In this document: in pieces, positions 22,135 to 34,195 of the stretch | Layout: every line of letters begins with the position of its first letter | Position numbering within the stretch: position 1 is the stretch's first letter | Source of the DNA: Candidatus Krumholzibacteriia bacterium | Lineage (GTDB): Bacteria; Krumholzibacteriota; Krumholzibacteriia; Krumholzibacteriales; Krumholzibacteriaceae | NCBI GenBank assembly: GCA_963836185.1 | Contig: CAWIIQ010000001.1 | Span: 736,001 to 800,000 of the forward strand | DNA length: 64,000 nt | Reading direction: 5' to 3' | Made by a program: the position numbers and the translations under genes | The notes under the pieces: model-generated | The model's database searches: none | Told to the model about the DNA's origin: nothing | What the model saw: only the letters and a program-made list of their open reading frames with translations

Positions 22135-22200
22135 TATCGCCGCCAGGCAATCGAGTGGTGCGCATTAGTATTGCCGCAGGGCAAGGATGATACAGAACAG

Positions 22201-22233
22201 TCGGGGCGAAGGTCATCAGGGTCTTCGCCCCGA
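22201..22233. terminator. Stem-loop downstream of the sulfatase (possible terminator)
   Basis: TCGGGGCGAAGG...TCTTCGCCCCGA inverted repeat; weak U-tail. Confidence 0.45.
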
Positions 22234-22344
22234 TTCGTTACAGTCATGTCTGATCGGTTGTTGAATGAACCGTGAAAATAATGTAATATTCTTGAGCCTT
22301 GCCCCTTTTATTACCGAACTCCCCTGGTAATCGGAGGTTTCCGG

Positions 22345-23457
22345 ATGAAATCGTCGAACGCATCGAGCCTTTTGATATCTTCTCTGCTGTTTCTCCTGGC
22401 GATTTTCCTTCTTTCGGGATGCGAGACAGGAATACCCTCGGGCCCTCCTTCGTCCGATCCCGAACTGACGGTGTGGCTCGGTTCATATTCCAGCTCGGAG
22501 GATGACGATTCAGGCGCGTTCATGATCGATATCTATCGTGTGGGAAATGCTGTTTCTGCCGAGCTGGTCATCCGGTCCCGGGAAGAGGAGAATCCCTATG
22601 ATCATCTCTTCCTCAATGGAAGCGCCCGCGGCAATGATATAGATCTTGAACTCAATACTGACTTGATAAATTACGGCTTCAGTTTCGATCTTGAGCTGAC
22701 GATGAGTTCGGACGGGACCATGTCGGGGTCCTTCTACTATTCAACATACGATATGACGGCGGATGTGGCCTGTGTCGAGCTTGAGGGGGCTGCGGCAGAG
22801 GCAGATACATCTTTCGATATGAGTTTTGTCTCACTGGGCCTGGCATATGACAGTACGGATGTCTGGATAAGTACCTCTACGCGGGACCATATCCTGATGG
22901 ATCCGGCCACCACTGCATTTATCGACACAGTAGTGGTATTCATAGCGGAGGAAGCCCGATGGACCAGTGAAGCGCTTACTTCTGACGGCACCGTCCTGTA
23001 CGGCGGATATCCCATTACGGTGTCGGGGCCGGAAGGATCGCGCAGCGAATCGGATATCATCGAATTCGAGAAGGATGGAGATTTCGTCAGGAGATTCAGG
23101 ATCGGGCACAGGACCTCCGGGCTCGCGTGGAGCGGGGAGGACCTCTGGTCCCTGCCGATCGAATCGGACTATTTCTACAGGGTGGGCCTGGACGGGACCG
23201 TCCTGGAGTCCGTGCCGGCCTCGGTGCCTGATCTGGTCGATATCGAATTCGACGGGACAGATTTCTGGGCCATCGGCTGGTTCATGAAGAGACTGTACAG
23301 GATCGACAGTGCCGGTGAGGTCCTGTCTGTTTACAGCCTGCCGCTCGAGTATGGCTACGTATTTCCGGCAGCCTTGACGTTCGACGGGACGAACCTGTGG
23401 TACTGCACCAATACGAGTTATCTCGACTCCCGGTTATACAGGCTGAATCTGGAATAA
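22345..23457 (+). CDS. Hypothetical lipoprotein with a C-terminal beta-propeller-like region
   Basis: Lipobox 'LLSGC'; repeats 'GLAYDSTDVW', 'GLAWSGEDLW', 'IEFDGTDFW', 'LTFDGTNLW'. Confidence 0.75.
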   Translation: MKSSNASSLLISSLLFLLAIFLLSGCETGIPSGPPSSDPELTVWLGSYSSSEDDDSGAFMIDIYRVGNAVSAELVIRSREEENPYDHLFLNGSARGNDIDLELNTDLINYGFSFDLELTMSSDGTMSGSFYYSTYDMTADVACVELEGAAAEADTSFDMSFVSLGLAYDSTDVWISTSTRDHILMDPATTAFIDTVVVFIAEEARWTSEALTSDGTVLYGGYPITVSGPEGSRSESDIIEFEKDGDFVRRFRIGHRTSGLAWSGEDLWSLPIESDYFYRVGLDGTVLESVPASVPDLVDIEFDGTDFWAIGWFMKRLYRIDSAGEVLSVYSLPLEYGYVFPAALTFDGTNLWYCTNTSYLDSRLYRLNLE

Positions 23458-23578
23458 CACCCGATCAGCCGATATTTATGAGTAAAAGACCCTGTTGACG
23501 GCATTTACGTATTTCTGCGACAATCCGTCTTCGTTGTATCGATTTTTCACAATCACCAGTTTGCCGAGGAGGCATTTT

Positions 23579-25698
23579 ATGCGCATGCGTAGCATCGTGC
23601 TGTTAGCGATCCTTGTGGCTGCGCTCTCAGTGGCCGTAGTGGCCGAGAAGGCTGCCATGAACTATCCCGAGACGAAGAAGGGCGACCAGGTCGACGACTA
23701 CTTCGGGACGAAAGTCGCCGATCCCTACAGGTGGCTCGAGGACGACAACGCCGAGGACGTGAAGGCGTGGGTTACGGCCCAGAACGAAGTCACATTCGCG
23801 TACCTCGAGAAGATCCCCGGCAGGGACAAGTTGAGGGACCGCATAACCGAGCTCTATAACTACCCGAAGTATTCATCTCCGTTCAAGGCGGGGGATTACT
23901 ACTTCTTCCAGAAGAACGACGGACTGCAGAATCAGTACGTCACCTACTACCAGAAGGGGCTCGACGGCGAGCCCGAGGTCTTCATCGACCCGAACAAGCT
24001 CTCCGAAGGACGGGACTACGAGGATCGGGCTGATGGGGTTCTCGACGGACCATAAATACGTGGCCATCTCGCGTTCGGAGGCGGGTTCCGACTGGCGCGA
24101 GATCCGCGTGATCGAAGTCGCTACGAAGAAGGAGCTCCCCGACCAGATAAAGTGGGTCAAGTTCAGCGGCGCCGCATGGTACGGCGACGGATTCTTCTAC
24201 GGCAGTTTTGACGCCCCGAAGGAAGGCGATGAGCTTAAAGGCAAGAACGAGTACCAGAAGATCCGGTACCACAAGCTCGGTGATCCGCTGGAGAAGGACG
24301 TCGTCGTATATGAGGACAAGGAGAATCCCCTGCGCTGGGTCTATGCGGGTGTATCGGAGGGTGAGGAGTATCTGTTCCTGTACGTATCCGAGGGTACGCA
24401 CGGGAACGAGCTTTACTACCGCGAGCTCGATGGCGTAACTGGCGAGTTCAAGCCCCTTGTCACAGGTTTCGACTACGACAGCCACGTGATAGAGGTCAAT
24501 GATGGCAAGTTCCTCATGAAGACCGCCATCGGAGCCCCGAACTACCGCGTAGTCCTCGTGGATCCCGGGAAGCCGGGACAGGAGAACTGGAAGGACGTCA
24601 TCCCTGAGAGGCCCGAGGTGCTCAGGGGCGCTTCGACCGGAGGCGGCCAGCTCTTCTGCTCATGGCTCAAGGATGCGTACACGCAGGTCGAACAGTTCGA
24701 CCTCGAAAGGCAAATTCGTCAGGAAGATCGAGCTCCCGACAGTGGGCAGCGCCGGCGGTTTCGGCGGCGAGCGGGAGGACACGGAGTTCTTCTACTCGTT
24801 CAGCTCGTTCACCTATCCCTCGACGATCTACAAGTACGACATAGGGAGCGGGAAGTCCGAGGTATTCAGGAAGAGCGAGGTCAAGTTCGACCCTGAAGGC
24901 TTCGAGGCGAAGCAGGTCTTCTACAAGAGCAAGGACGGCACGAAGGTCCCGATGTTCATCGTCCATAAAAAGGGATTGAAGCTCGACGGGAAGAATCCGA
25001 CATACCTGTATGGGTACGGTGGATTCCAGGTCAGCATCACCCCGCGTTTTTCGGCCACGCGGATAGCCGCGCTCGAGAAGGGCGTCATAATGGCTATTGC
25101 CAACATAAGGGGCGGCGGCGAGTACGGCGAGAAATGGCACAAGGCGGGGATGCTGGAGAACAAGCAGAACGTCTTTGACGATTTTATCGCGGCGGCAGAG
25201 TACCTGATCGCCGAGAAGTACACTTCGAGCGGGAGGCTCGCGATATCGGGCGGCTCGAACGGCGGCACACTGGTGGGCGCCTGCATGAACCAGCGCCCCG
25301 AACTCTTCAAGGTCGCCCTGCCGGCAGTCGGTGTGATGGACATGCTCCGCTACCACAAGTTCACATCGGGGTGGGGCTGGGCAGTCGAGTATGGCTCGAG
25401 CGACAACGAGGAGCAGTTCAAGTTCCTCTATGACTATTCGCCGCTCCACAACATCAAGGCCGGCGTCGAGTATCCGGCAACGATGGTGACGACCGCCGAC
25501 CATGACGACAGGGTCGTGCCGGCACACTCGTTCAAGTTCATCGCCGAGCTTCAGGACAAGTACAAGGGCCCCAACCCCGTCCTGATACGTATCGAGACGA
25601 AGTCGGGCCACGGCTCGGTCAATACGAGCAAGATGATACAGGAGATGGCCGACGAGTTCGCCTTCATGCTCTATAACATGGGTGTGGAGATCGACTGA
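23579..25698 (+). CDS. Prolyl oligopeptidase (S9A), secreted (frameshifts near 24008 and 24708)
   Basis: 'VADPYRWLED', 'YGYGGF', 'RGGGEYG', nucleophile 'GGSNGG', 'DHDDRV', 'GHG'. Confidence 0.93.
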
Positions 25699-25725
25699 CC
25701 GGAACCTGAACAGCTGATTTACTGC

Positions 25726-25760
25726 AAAGCGCCTGTTTCCTTCGGGAGGCAGGCGCTTTT
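25726..25760 (+). terminator. Intrinsic terminator after the prolyl oligopeptidase
   Basis: AAAGCGCCTGTTTCC-TTCG-GGAGGCAGGCGCTTTT. Confidence 0.85.
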
Positions 25761-26207
25761 ACTTTCCACGGCCCGATAAATGCGTCCAGGAAGAATAACC
25801 TACTTGTTTTGTAAGTATATATGCCTGAAAATAAATGAGTTACACATAATTATTATCAAGAATATTCTTGAGTAATTCAGTAAACATCTGATAAAATCAG
25901 ATATCCGCTCAAGTCAGGGGATAGCTAAGAAAGATCCAAGGGGTTGCATCGTTGGGACTGCCGCTTTTTCACCTAAAATCAATAATGACAGGATATCCTC
26001 GCTCCATGTGGTGGGTTGTTTTGCGTCAAGGCGTTCCGGGAGGAGCGGAGGATTTCATGTATTTCAGGACGATCAAGGAAAGGAGGTAGCTACTCGACCG
26101 TTTTAGGATTACCACAGTGGATCCTTTTCCCCACCAGTCAAGGGTCCGGAAAGATGGTCCGCTCAGATGATTTTCCGGGCAGGCGACACAGACGGTTAGG
26201 AGAGACA

Positions 26208-29200
26208 ATGAAGCAGAGATTTATTCTCACATCAATCTGCCTTCTGCTTATCCTCTCGCCATTAAGTTCTATGGCGGCAGATACCGCACCGAGAGATTTC
26301 GCTCCGGTGCAGAAGGGCTTCGTCGCAAGCAGCGAAAAGGTCCTTCCCTACGCACCCGACCGGATCATGGTCAAGTTCAAGAGATCAAGCATCGAGAAAT
26401 CACAACTCAGCATAGGCCTCCAGGCCACACGGCCCCTTCCCGACGCGGCTACCGGACTGATGTCGATAGACGTCATCGGCAAGGATGCGGGAGTCAAGAA
26501 GATATCCCGGGCCTATATCCTGATGAAGAACAGGGCTCTGGCTGCACAGCTGGGCGCTGACCAGTGGTTCAGGATCGACCTCGACAAGGCCGCCGACATT
26601 CCTGCGCTCGTCGCGAAGTATGCGAACGATCCGAACGTCGAGTACGCGAAGCCCGACTACAGGGCCTTCCCGGCTGCCGTGCCGAGCGATCCGCTCTACG
26701 ACGATCACTGGGGACACAACAACACCTCCCAGATGATCTCGTACAACTGGAGCACCTACTACCATGACGGCCCGACCGTTGGAACAGTCGGCTTCGATGC
26801 CAACGCCCAGGCTGCATGGAATGCAGGATACGGCGATTCGAACGTGATCATCGCGATCATCGACTCGGGTGTCGACATCGATCATCCCGACCTTAATCTC
26901 GTTGCCGGATACGATTTCGGTGACAACGACAGCAATCCGGACGATGACTCGGGGCAGCCCGGTCACGGCACCTGCTGCGCCGGTGTTGCGGCTTCGATAG
27001 CGAACAACGGTATCGGCTCATGCGGTATCGCTCCCGGATGCAGGATCATGCCCTGCAAGATCGCCAACAACCAGGGCTCGATGTACTTCTCGGCGATCGA
27101 TAACGCTATCTACTGGGCGGCGGACAATGGCGCGGATGTAATATCGATGAGTATCGGAGCCTATGCCGATCCGGGTGACCTCCCCTCGACAGATGCGGCA
27201 CTCGAGTATGCCTGGAGCGCAGGATGTGTCATCCTCGCCGCGACGAGCAACGACAACTACAGCTACATCAGCTATCCCGCAAACCACAACAAGGTTATAG
27301 CGGTCGGCGCTGCTTCGCCCTGCGGTGGCCGCAAGCGCTCGAGCAGCAGCAGCACCGAGTGTAATCCCGGTGTCGATCCCGATCCCAACGGCTACACCTG
27401 CGATGGTGAGCGCTGGTGGGGATCGTGCTACGGTCCGACTTCGAAGGATGCGGCCGACGCGGTCGACGTTATCGCCCCGACGATCCTTCCGACGACCGAT
27501 ATCGGCGGCAGCGGCGGATACACGAGCACCGACTATGACATGTGGTTCAACGGTACCTCGTGCGCCACTCCTTACGCCGCGGGCGTATGCGCGCTGATCA
27601 AGTCGGCGAATCCGACATGGACGCCGGCGCAGATCCGCGACCAGCTGCGCAGACACGGCGATCGATATCGTCAACGTCGAGTCGGGCAGCGGCTGGGACC
27701 GTTACAGCGGATACGGAATGGTCGACGCCGAGGCGGCAGTCGGCGGCGGTGGACCCGTTGCTCCAGTAGCCGAGTTCGTCGGTTCGCCTCTGAGCGGCTT
27801 CGAGCCTCTTCGAGGTCAGCTTCACCGACCAGTCGAGCGGCTCGCCTACGAGCTGGAACTGGAACTTCGGTGACGGCGGCAGCTCGACCCAGCAGAATCC
27901 GACCTATACTTACAACAATGCCGGTACATATACCGTTACCCTGACCGCCACAAACTCCGAGGGTTCGGATGACGAGGTCAAGACCGGTTATATCTCGGTT
28001 ACAGCTCCTCCTCCGCCGGTAGCGGCCTTCAGTGGATCGCCCACCTCGGGTGAGGCTCCGCTGACGGTCAACTTCACCGACGAATCGACGAACGCTCCCA
28101 CCTCGTGGAGCTGGGACTTCGGCGATGGTGGAACGTCGACACAGCAGAATCCGGCGTATGTCTATAACGACATCGGCACCTATACCGTTACACTGACCGC
28201 GACGAACGCCTACGGTTTCGATGACGAGATCAAGACCGGCTACATCACGGTCACCGAGCCCGGTGTGGCGCAGAAGAACTATGCTGTTATCGGAGAATCC
28301 GATGACCGGATCAGTGTCTGGCAGACTATACCGACACCCGCGCGAGCGACAACGTTCGCGAGGCTATCACAGAGGTCCAGTACACGGGGCATCCAAGGAA
28401 GACCTACAGCTACCTCGAGCACAGGTGGACATTCAACGTTCCGTCGAGCTCGACTGTGACCTTCTTCCTCGAGGCATACAGGCCGGCGAGCAGTGACGGC
28501 GACAACTTCGTCTTCGCCTACTCGACCGATGGTTCGTCATACACGAACCTCGTGACGGTCGCGAGCGCTACCGAGCAGGTCTACTCCGTTTCCGTACCCG
28601 CCTCAGTCAGCGGCACGGTCTACGTGAGGGTCCTCGATACCGACAGGAACTGGGGCAATCTCGATTATGGACGCGATCTACGTCGACGAGATGTACTTCC
28701 AGACCGAGACTGTCGCGGCTCCGCCTGTTGCCGACTTCAGCGGATCGCCCACATCGGGTTACGCTCCGCTGGCAGTCAGCTTCACCGATCTGTCGACAGG
28801 CGCTCCTGATCGTGGAGCCTGGACATTCGGCGATGGCGGCACTTCGACGGCCCAGAACCCGTCTCATATCTACAATGCTGTCGGCACCTACACGGTCACC
28901 TTGACGGCGACTAACTCGTACGGCTCCGACGGCGAGACAAAGACCGGTTACATCACTGTCAACGAGGCGACCGGCACTACCGTTCATGTCAGCGACATCT
29001 CCGTGACCGAGACAGGGTCCAGGAACAAGCTCTACGGAAACGCGACAGTGACGATCGTCGATCAGAACAACGCGCCGGTCCAGGGAGCGACTGTCTACGG
29101 CAACTTCGATGCTCCGACGACGACCACGAAGAGCGGAGTGACAGGGTGCGGACGGCAAGGTGACACTCGTGTCCGACAGGCAGAAGGTACGATCGATTTC

Positions 29201-29601
29201 TGCTTCACCGTGACGAATGTCATCTATGCCGGTGGTACCTATGACGACGGCGGCTAACGACGTGACATACTCCTGCGAGAGCGGCGACGTCTACGACGCC
29301 GGCGAAAGCTACGTGATGATGCAGAGGGATACACCCGACAACCTCGTTCTCGGGCAGAACTACCCCAACCCGTTCAACCCGGTCACGAGGATCGAGTTCG
29401 GCATGCCCACACCGGGCCATGTCAGGCTCGACGTCTACAACGTGAAGGGTGAGCTGGTGGCCAACCTGGCCAACGGCACATACGGCACGGGATTCCACAC
29501 AGTAGACGTGGAACGCTGCCGGTATGTCGAGCGGCATCTACTTCTACAGGCTCGTGACCCCGAACGAGGTCATGACGAAGAAGATGATTCTTCTGAGGTA
29601 G
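26208..29601 (+). CDS. Secreted S8 serine protease with three PKD domains and a C-terminal FlgD-type sorting-like domain (multiple frameshifts)
   Basis: Catalytic triad motifs 'IIDSG', 'GHGTCCAG', 'NGTSCATP'. PKD motifs 'FTD.S...PTSW.W.FGDG..ST.QNP...Y...GTYTVTLT' occur three times. C-terminus 'LGQNYPNPFNP...SGIYFYRL...KKMILLR'. Confidence 0.88.
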
Positions 29602-29631
29602 TTCCAGGCCGAATACAGCTTATGCTGTAAC

Positions 29632-29667
29632 AGGGGAGCCGGCAGATGCCGGCTCCCCTTTCTATTT
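29632..29667 (+). terminator. Intrinsic terminator after the S8 protease
   Basis: AGGGGAGCCGGCA-GA-TGCCGGCTCCCCT followed by TTCTATTT. Confidence 0.8.
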
Positions 29668-29753
29668 ACGACACTTACACTCATAAATAGGAATTGAAAC
29701 TGGATTGGGGTAACGTATATCTTCGTGGATAACACTTAACAAGGGAATTACTC

Positions 29754-31910
29754 GTGAAGAACAAAATGAGCTTATCTACGAAGATTCTTATCGGACTGGC
29801 CCTTGGTATCCTGACGGGCCTCTTTTTCGGCGAAAAGGTCGCCTTTCTCGGGCCGGCCGGCCGGGCATTCCTGCTTCTCCTGCAGATGACGGTACTTCCA
29901 TACGTAGTCGTCGCCCTCATGAAGGGTATCGGCAGCCTGGATTTCGATACGGCAAAGCTGCTCGCCAGGAAGGCGGGATCGATACTTGCCATAATATGGC
30001 TGCTTACACTGGCAGTGGTCTTTCTCTTTCCCATTGCCTTTCCGAACTGGGAATCCGCCTCATATTTCAGTCCGACTCTTGTCGAAACGGCTGAAGATTT
30101 TGATTTCATCTCGATGTTCATTCCCTCAAATCCTTTCGGTGCTCTGGCGACAAACGTTGTCCCCGGTGTGGTCCTTTTCAGCGTCGCGTTCGGGATAGCT
30201 CTGATCGGCATAAAAAAGAAACAGGGGCTGCTCGATATTCTCGATACAGTCGGAGACGGGCTGGGCCGGGTCTCGACATTTGTCGTCACCCTGGCTCCTT
30301 ACGGAGTCTTCGCGCTGATGGCTCACGCCGCAGGCACGATCGACTTCTCCAGGCTCCAGGGGCTGCAGGTATATGTTGTGACCTACCTGGCGGCGGCTGT
30401 GCTGATCACATTCTGGGTCCTGCCGGGCCTGATAGCGGCGCTGGCCCCGATTCGCTACAAGACCGTGATCATGAAGCTGCGCGATGCACTGGTGACAGGC
30501 TTCGCGACGGGGAACCTCTTCGTCATTCTCCCGATGCTGGCGGAGAGGAGTAAGGAGCTGATAGATGACGTCCAGGGTTCTACAGAAGAGACAGGCGATA
30601 TGGTCGATATTATTGTTCCGACCTCTTACACCTTTCCCAGCGCGGGAAAACTGCTCGTACTCGGTTTCATACTTTTCGCCGGATGGATGACCGGCTTCCC
30701 TGTTTCGATCGCCAAATATCCCATGTTCGCCGTAACGGGTTTCTTTACCTGGTTCGGAAGCACCTATATATCCGTTCCTTTCATGCTCGACATGTTCAGG
30801 ATACCGGCGGACACCTTTCAGCTCTTTATAGTCGTCGATAATGTCTTCGGAAGATTTGGTATCATGGTCGCCGTGATGCATGTTGCGACATTGTCGGTTC
30901 TGGGTTCCCTTTCCGCAGGTGGACTGATAAAGATTCGCCTCATCAAGGTAGTCAGATACCTTGTTGTTACAGCGCTTATCGTGATCGGTGCATTTACCGG
31001 AATCCGCCTTGCTTTTAATGCTATCGGCTCCAGATCTAACCAGTACGAATCGTTCGTCGGAAGGCCGCTCCTCTACACGCCGGCCGAGCACAGGTTGATC
31101 GATTCATCCAAGGCTGAGATTCCTTCTGCCACAACAGATGTATCCGCGTTGTCACGAATAACTGAGTCCGGAACGATACGAGTCGGATATCCGAGCGACG
31201 CGCTGCCCTGGATATTCCGTAACAGCGAGAACGAGCTTGTCGGATTCGACGTAGAGATGGTCCACAGGTTCGCGAAGGAACTTGGAGTAACCGTGGATTT
31301 CCACCTGGTGGGTCCCGGTATGGCCTCAGATCTTCTTAGAACAGGCTTTATCGATATGATGATAGGGGGACTGTCGATAAATGCAGCGGATATGAAGAGG
31401 GTGACATTCACCGCAGCTTACATGGAAGAGACGATAGCGTTTATTGTGGAGGATCACAGGCGTGAGGATTTCAATACGGAAGAATCGCTGAAGAATCAGA
31501 AAGGGCTAAGGATAGGGATAGAGGATAACGAATACTACATCGAGAAGCTTCACGAATATCTTCCCGACGCTGAACTCGTCATCCTCGATTCGCCGCGAGA
31601 GTTCTTCAGGCAGGAAAAAGGTGAGCTCGATGCCCTGCTGTTGAGCGCCGAGACCGGATCTTCGTGGTGTCTGATCTACCCCGAATTCACCGTCGCAGTT
31701 CCGCATCCCATGGTAAGGTCCGTTCCTATGGCCTTTGCCGTACGTTTCGGAGACAGGGAGATGGCCGAGTTTCTCGGCACCTGGATAGAGTTGAAGAAGA
31801 AAGACGGGAGCATCGAGAATCTTTTCGATTACTGGATCGAGGGGAAAAAAGTGCGGGCCGGGGGGAAGAGGTGGAGTGTGATCCACGACGTGCTCGGATG
31901 GGTGGACTAG
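29754..31910 (+). CDS. Dicarboxylate/amino acid:cation symporter (DAACS) fused to a C-terminal family-3 solute-binding domain
   Basis: N-terminal 'KILIGLALG', 'IPSNPF', 'LAPYGVFAL'. C-terminal 'GTIRVGY...PW.FRN....LVGFDVEM'. Confidence 0.88.
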   Translation: MKNKMSLSTKILIGLALGILTGLFFGEKVAFLGPAGRAFLLLLQMTVLPYVVVALMKGIGSLDFDTAKLLARKAGSILAIIWLLTLAVVFLFPIAFPNWESASYFSPTLVETAEDFDFISMFIPSNPFGALATNVVPGVVLFSVAFGIALIGIKKKQGLLDILDTVGDGLGRVSTFVVTLAPYGVFALMAHAAGTIDFSRLQGLQVYVVTYLAAAVLITFWVLPGLIAALAPIRYKTVIMKLRDALVTGFATGNLFVILPMLAERSKELIDDVQGSTEETGDMVDIIVPTSYTFPSAGKLLVLGFILFAGWMTGFPVSIAKYPMFAVTGFFTWFGSTYISVPFMLDMFRIPADTFQLFIVVDNVFGRFGIMVAVMHVATLSVLGSLSAGGLIKIRLIKVVRYLVVTALIVIGAFTGIRLAFNAIGSRSNQYESFVGRPLLYTPAEHRLIDSSKAEIPSATTDVSALSRITESGTIRVGYPSDALPWIFRNSENELVGFDVEMVHRFAKELGVTVDFHLVGPGMASDLLRTGFIDMMIGGLSINAADMKRVTFTAAYMEETIAFIVEDHRREDFNTEESLKNQKGLRIGIEDNEYYIEKLHEYLPDAELVILDSPREFFRQEKGELDALLLSAETGSSWCLIYPEFTVAVPHPMVRSVPMAFAVRFGDREMAEFLGTWIELKKKDGSIENLFDYWIEGKKVRAGGKRWSVIHDVLGWVD

Positions 31911-32844
31911 ATGTCAGACGGGCTGGAAAGACAGGCGCTGAAAATATCGATATTCGGGTATTTTCTGCTCGGAATACTTGCCGTCATATTCGCCCTGAAG
32001 AGCCAGTCCGAGGCGATAATGCTCGACGGCTTCTTCAATTTCGTCTCATTCGTGATGAGTCTCGTGACCCTTTACGTATCGGGCCTTCTCAAGATCCCGT
32101 ACGACAAACATTTCCAGTTCGGGTTCATGCCGTTCGAGCCCTTTGTGAATGTCGTCAAGGGCCTGATAATCCTCGTAGTCTGCGGATTCGCCCTCGTATC
32201 TTCGATAGACGCGTTGATCGACGGTGGGAGGGAACTCAGTCCCGGGTCTGGCAGTGATCTACAGTGTGATCGCGACAGCGGGATGCATCATTGTCACCCT
32301 GATCCAGAAGCAGTACGGCAAGAAAGTCGATTCACCCCTTCTTGCACTTGATATCGCCACGTGGAAGCTGAGCGGGTTCATAAGTTCCGCGGTCGCTGTC
32401 GGATTCGGCGGAGCGTATCTCCTCTCCCGCACAGAATACTCGTGGGTCGTGCCATACATCGATCCCGTGATGGTTATCATCCTGATCCTTGTGATGATAA
32501 GGCTTCCTCTGTCTGCGTTGAGGGAGGGGATCGGGGACCTTCTCCTCGGGGCTCCTCCCGGGGAGATGCAGTCGAGGATCAAGGAGAAGGTCTCCGCGGT
32601 GCTGTCAGGATTTCCCATGGAGAGACATTCCGTCCGCATGGTCAAGGTCGGCAGGCATATATTCGTCACTGTCAATGTTCTCCTGCCGGGCGGCAGCCCG
32701 ATATCATCGGTGGCGGATCTCGATAGTATGAGACAGAAAATAGACAGTGAATTAAAGGGATTGCATCCGGAGATCATCGCCGATACACTGTTTACGGGTG
32801 ATACTGAAAGGGTGCCGGAAACCCCACAGGAGGACATTGAATGA
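31911..32844 (+). CDS. Cation diffusion facilitator family transporter (frameshift near 32240)
   Basis: 'SEAIMLDGFF', 'FQFGF..FEP', 'YIDPVMV', 'KVGRHIFV'. Confidence 0.8.
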
Positions 32845-33510
32845 CGGCTGAAAGGATGACAGCTGGTGAGCGGTCAAAGCGGTCCAAATATGGTATTGTT
32901 CTGCTGCTGCTCGTCCTGGTCTTTATTTTCGTAGTACCTGCCTTTCCCATAAGTGTTCACAAGGTCATGTATAATGCCCTGCTTACAGGCATTGTTTTCT
33001 TCGCCGCACTGTCGGTCGACAGAGCGAGGAGGAGGATGTTCATCGTCTCGGTGGCGGCTATTGCCCTCGAGTGGCTTGCATTTTTACTTGATATGCCGGG
33101 TGTAATGACCTTTTCCCAGATAGTTCTGTTCCTGTATTTCATCCTCATCGTGATCAACCTGATCGCCCAGGTCGCTACTACCAGCCATGTCACGGCGAGG
33201 GTCATCGTCGAATCGATCAGCGGCTACCTGCTCATGGGAATAGTGTTTTCGCTGATTATCGGGATCGTGGCGAAAAATACTGACTCGGCCTACTCCTTCG
33301 GTGAAGCAACACACGTCTCCGAAGGGTTGAGCGACTTTGTCTATCACGGCTTTGTAACATTCACAACTCTTGGATACGGTGATGTCGTTCCCTTGACACC
33401 CGATCTCAAAATCGATCGCTGTGATGGCCAGTGTCACGGGACAGATCTACCTGACTGTTATTATCGCAATGCTGGTCGGCAAGTTCCTCAGCGACAGGCA
33501 AGTGAGTTAA
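32841..33510 (+). CDS. Potassium channel family protein (Ion_trans_2; frameshift near 33405)
   Basis: Selectivity filter 'VTFTTLGYGDVVP'; the shifted frame continues 'GQIYLTVIIAMLVG'. Confidence 0.85.
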
Positions 33511-34195
33511 ATGGGCTTGTTGAAACGAAAGAAACGGCCGAGGACCCCAGGCTATCATCGAGCGGGATCATAAGCAGCTCAGGAGGCTCGAAGTATTCAC
33601 GGACATGGTGTTCGCGCTTGTCCTTTTTTGGATATTTTTACTCCTGCCGAGCCTTGGGAGTGTTGAAGGGGGCAAAGGGATCGCTATCTCGAGGTTCTTC
33701 TCAGAGAATCTCGGAAGTGTCGAGATGATCATAATCGGCGTACTTCTGACCCTGATATACTGGGGCAACACGATCAAGGCATACGGAAATCTCGAGCACA
33801 CCGACGGCAAACATGCTGCCCTGTCTTTTCTGCAATTGTTTTCACTGCTGACATATATCTATTTCGTTCGTATGGAGATGGTCTTCAGGGGTGAACTGCT
33901 GCCTCTGCTGCTTCAGAGTATAACACTCGCTTTGGTCGGTTTTCTCGGGGTCGCTGCCTGGTGGTACGCTATGAAGAACCGCAGGCTCCTGTCCGAAAGC
34001 ATAACGGACAAGGAAGCGGCCGAGCTGCGTATCGAGTTCCTCAGCGAACCCGTGACCGCCCTGATCACCATCCCGTTCGTATGGGTTGGAACGACCGCAT
34101 GGACGATAGCGTGGTTGAGCGGCCTCCTAATCTCACGTATACTGAACTGGCTTCACAACAGGAAGGACTGGCCTGATACCGAGACTTCAGAATAA
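33511..34195 (+). CDS. TMEM175/DUF1211-like membrane protein (K+ channel family)
   Basis: 'RRLEVFTDMVFAL' resembles the RxxxFSD motif, followed by about 6 TM segments. The N-terminus is frameshifted. Confidence 0.65.

Noticed and set aside
25917-26136. tRNA/tmRNA-like ends (GGGGATAGCT...TCCCCACCA)
   Set aside because: There is no T-arm (GTTCRA), cloverleaf or tag-reading frame. It is kept only as a generic structured region.
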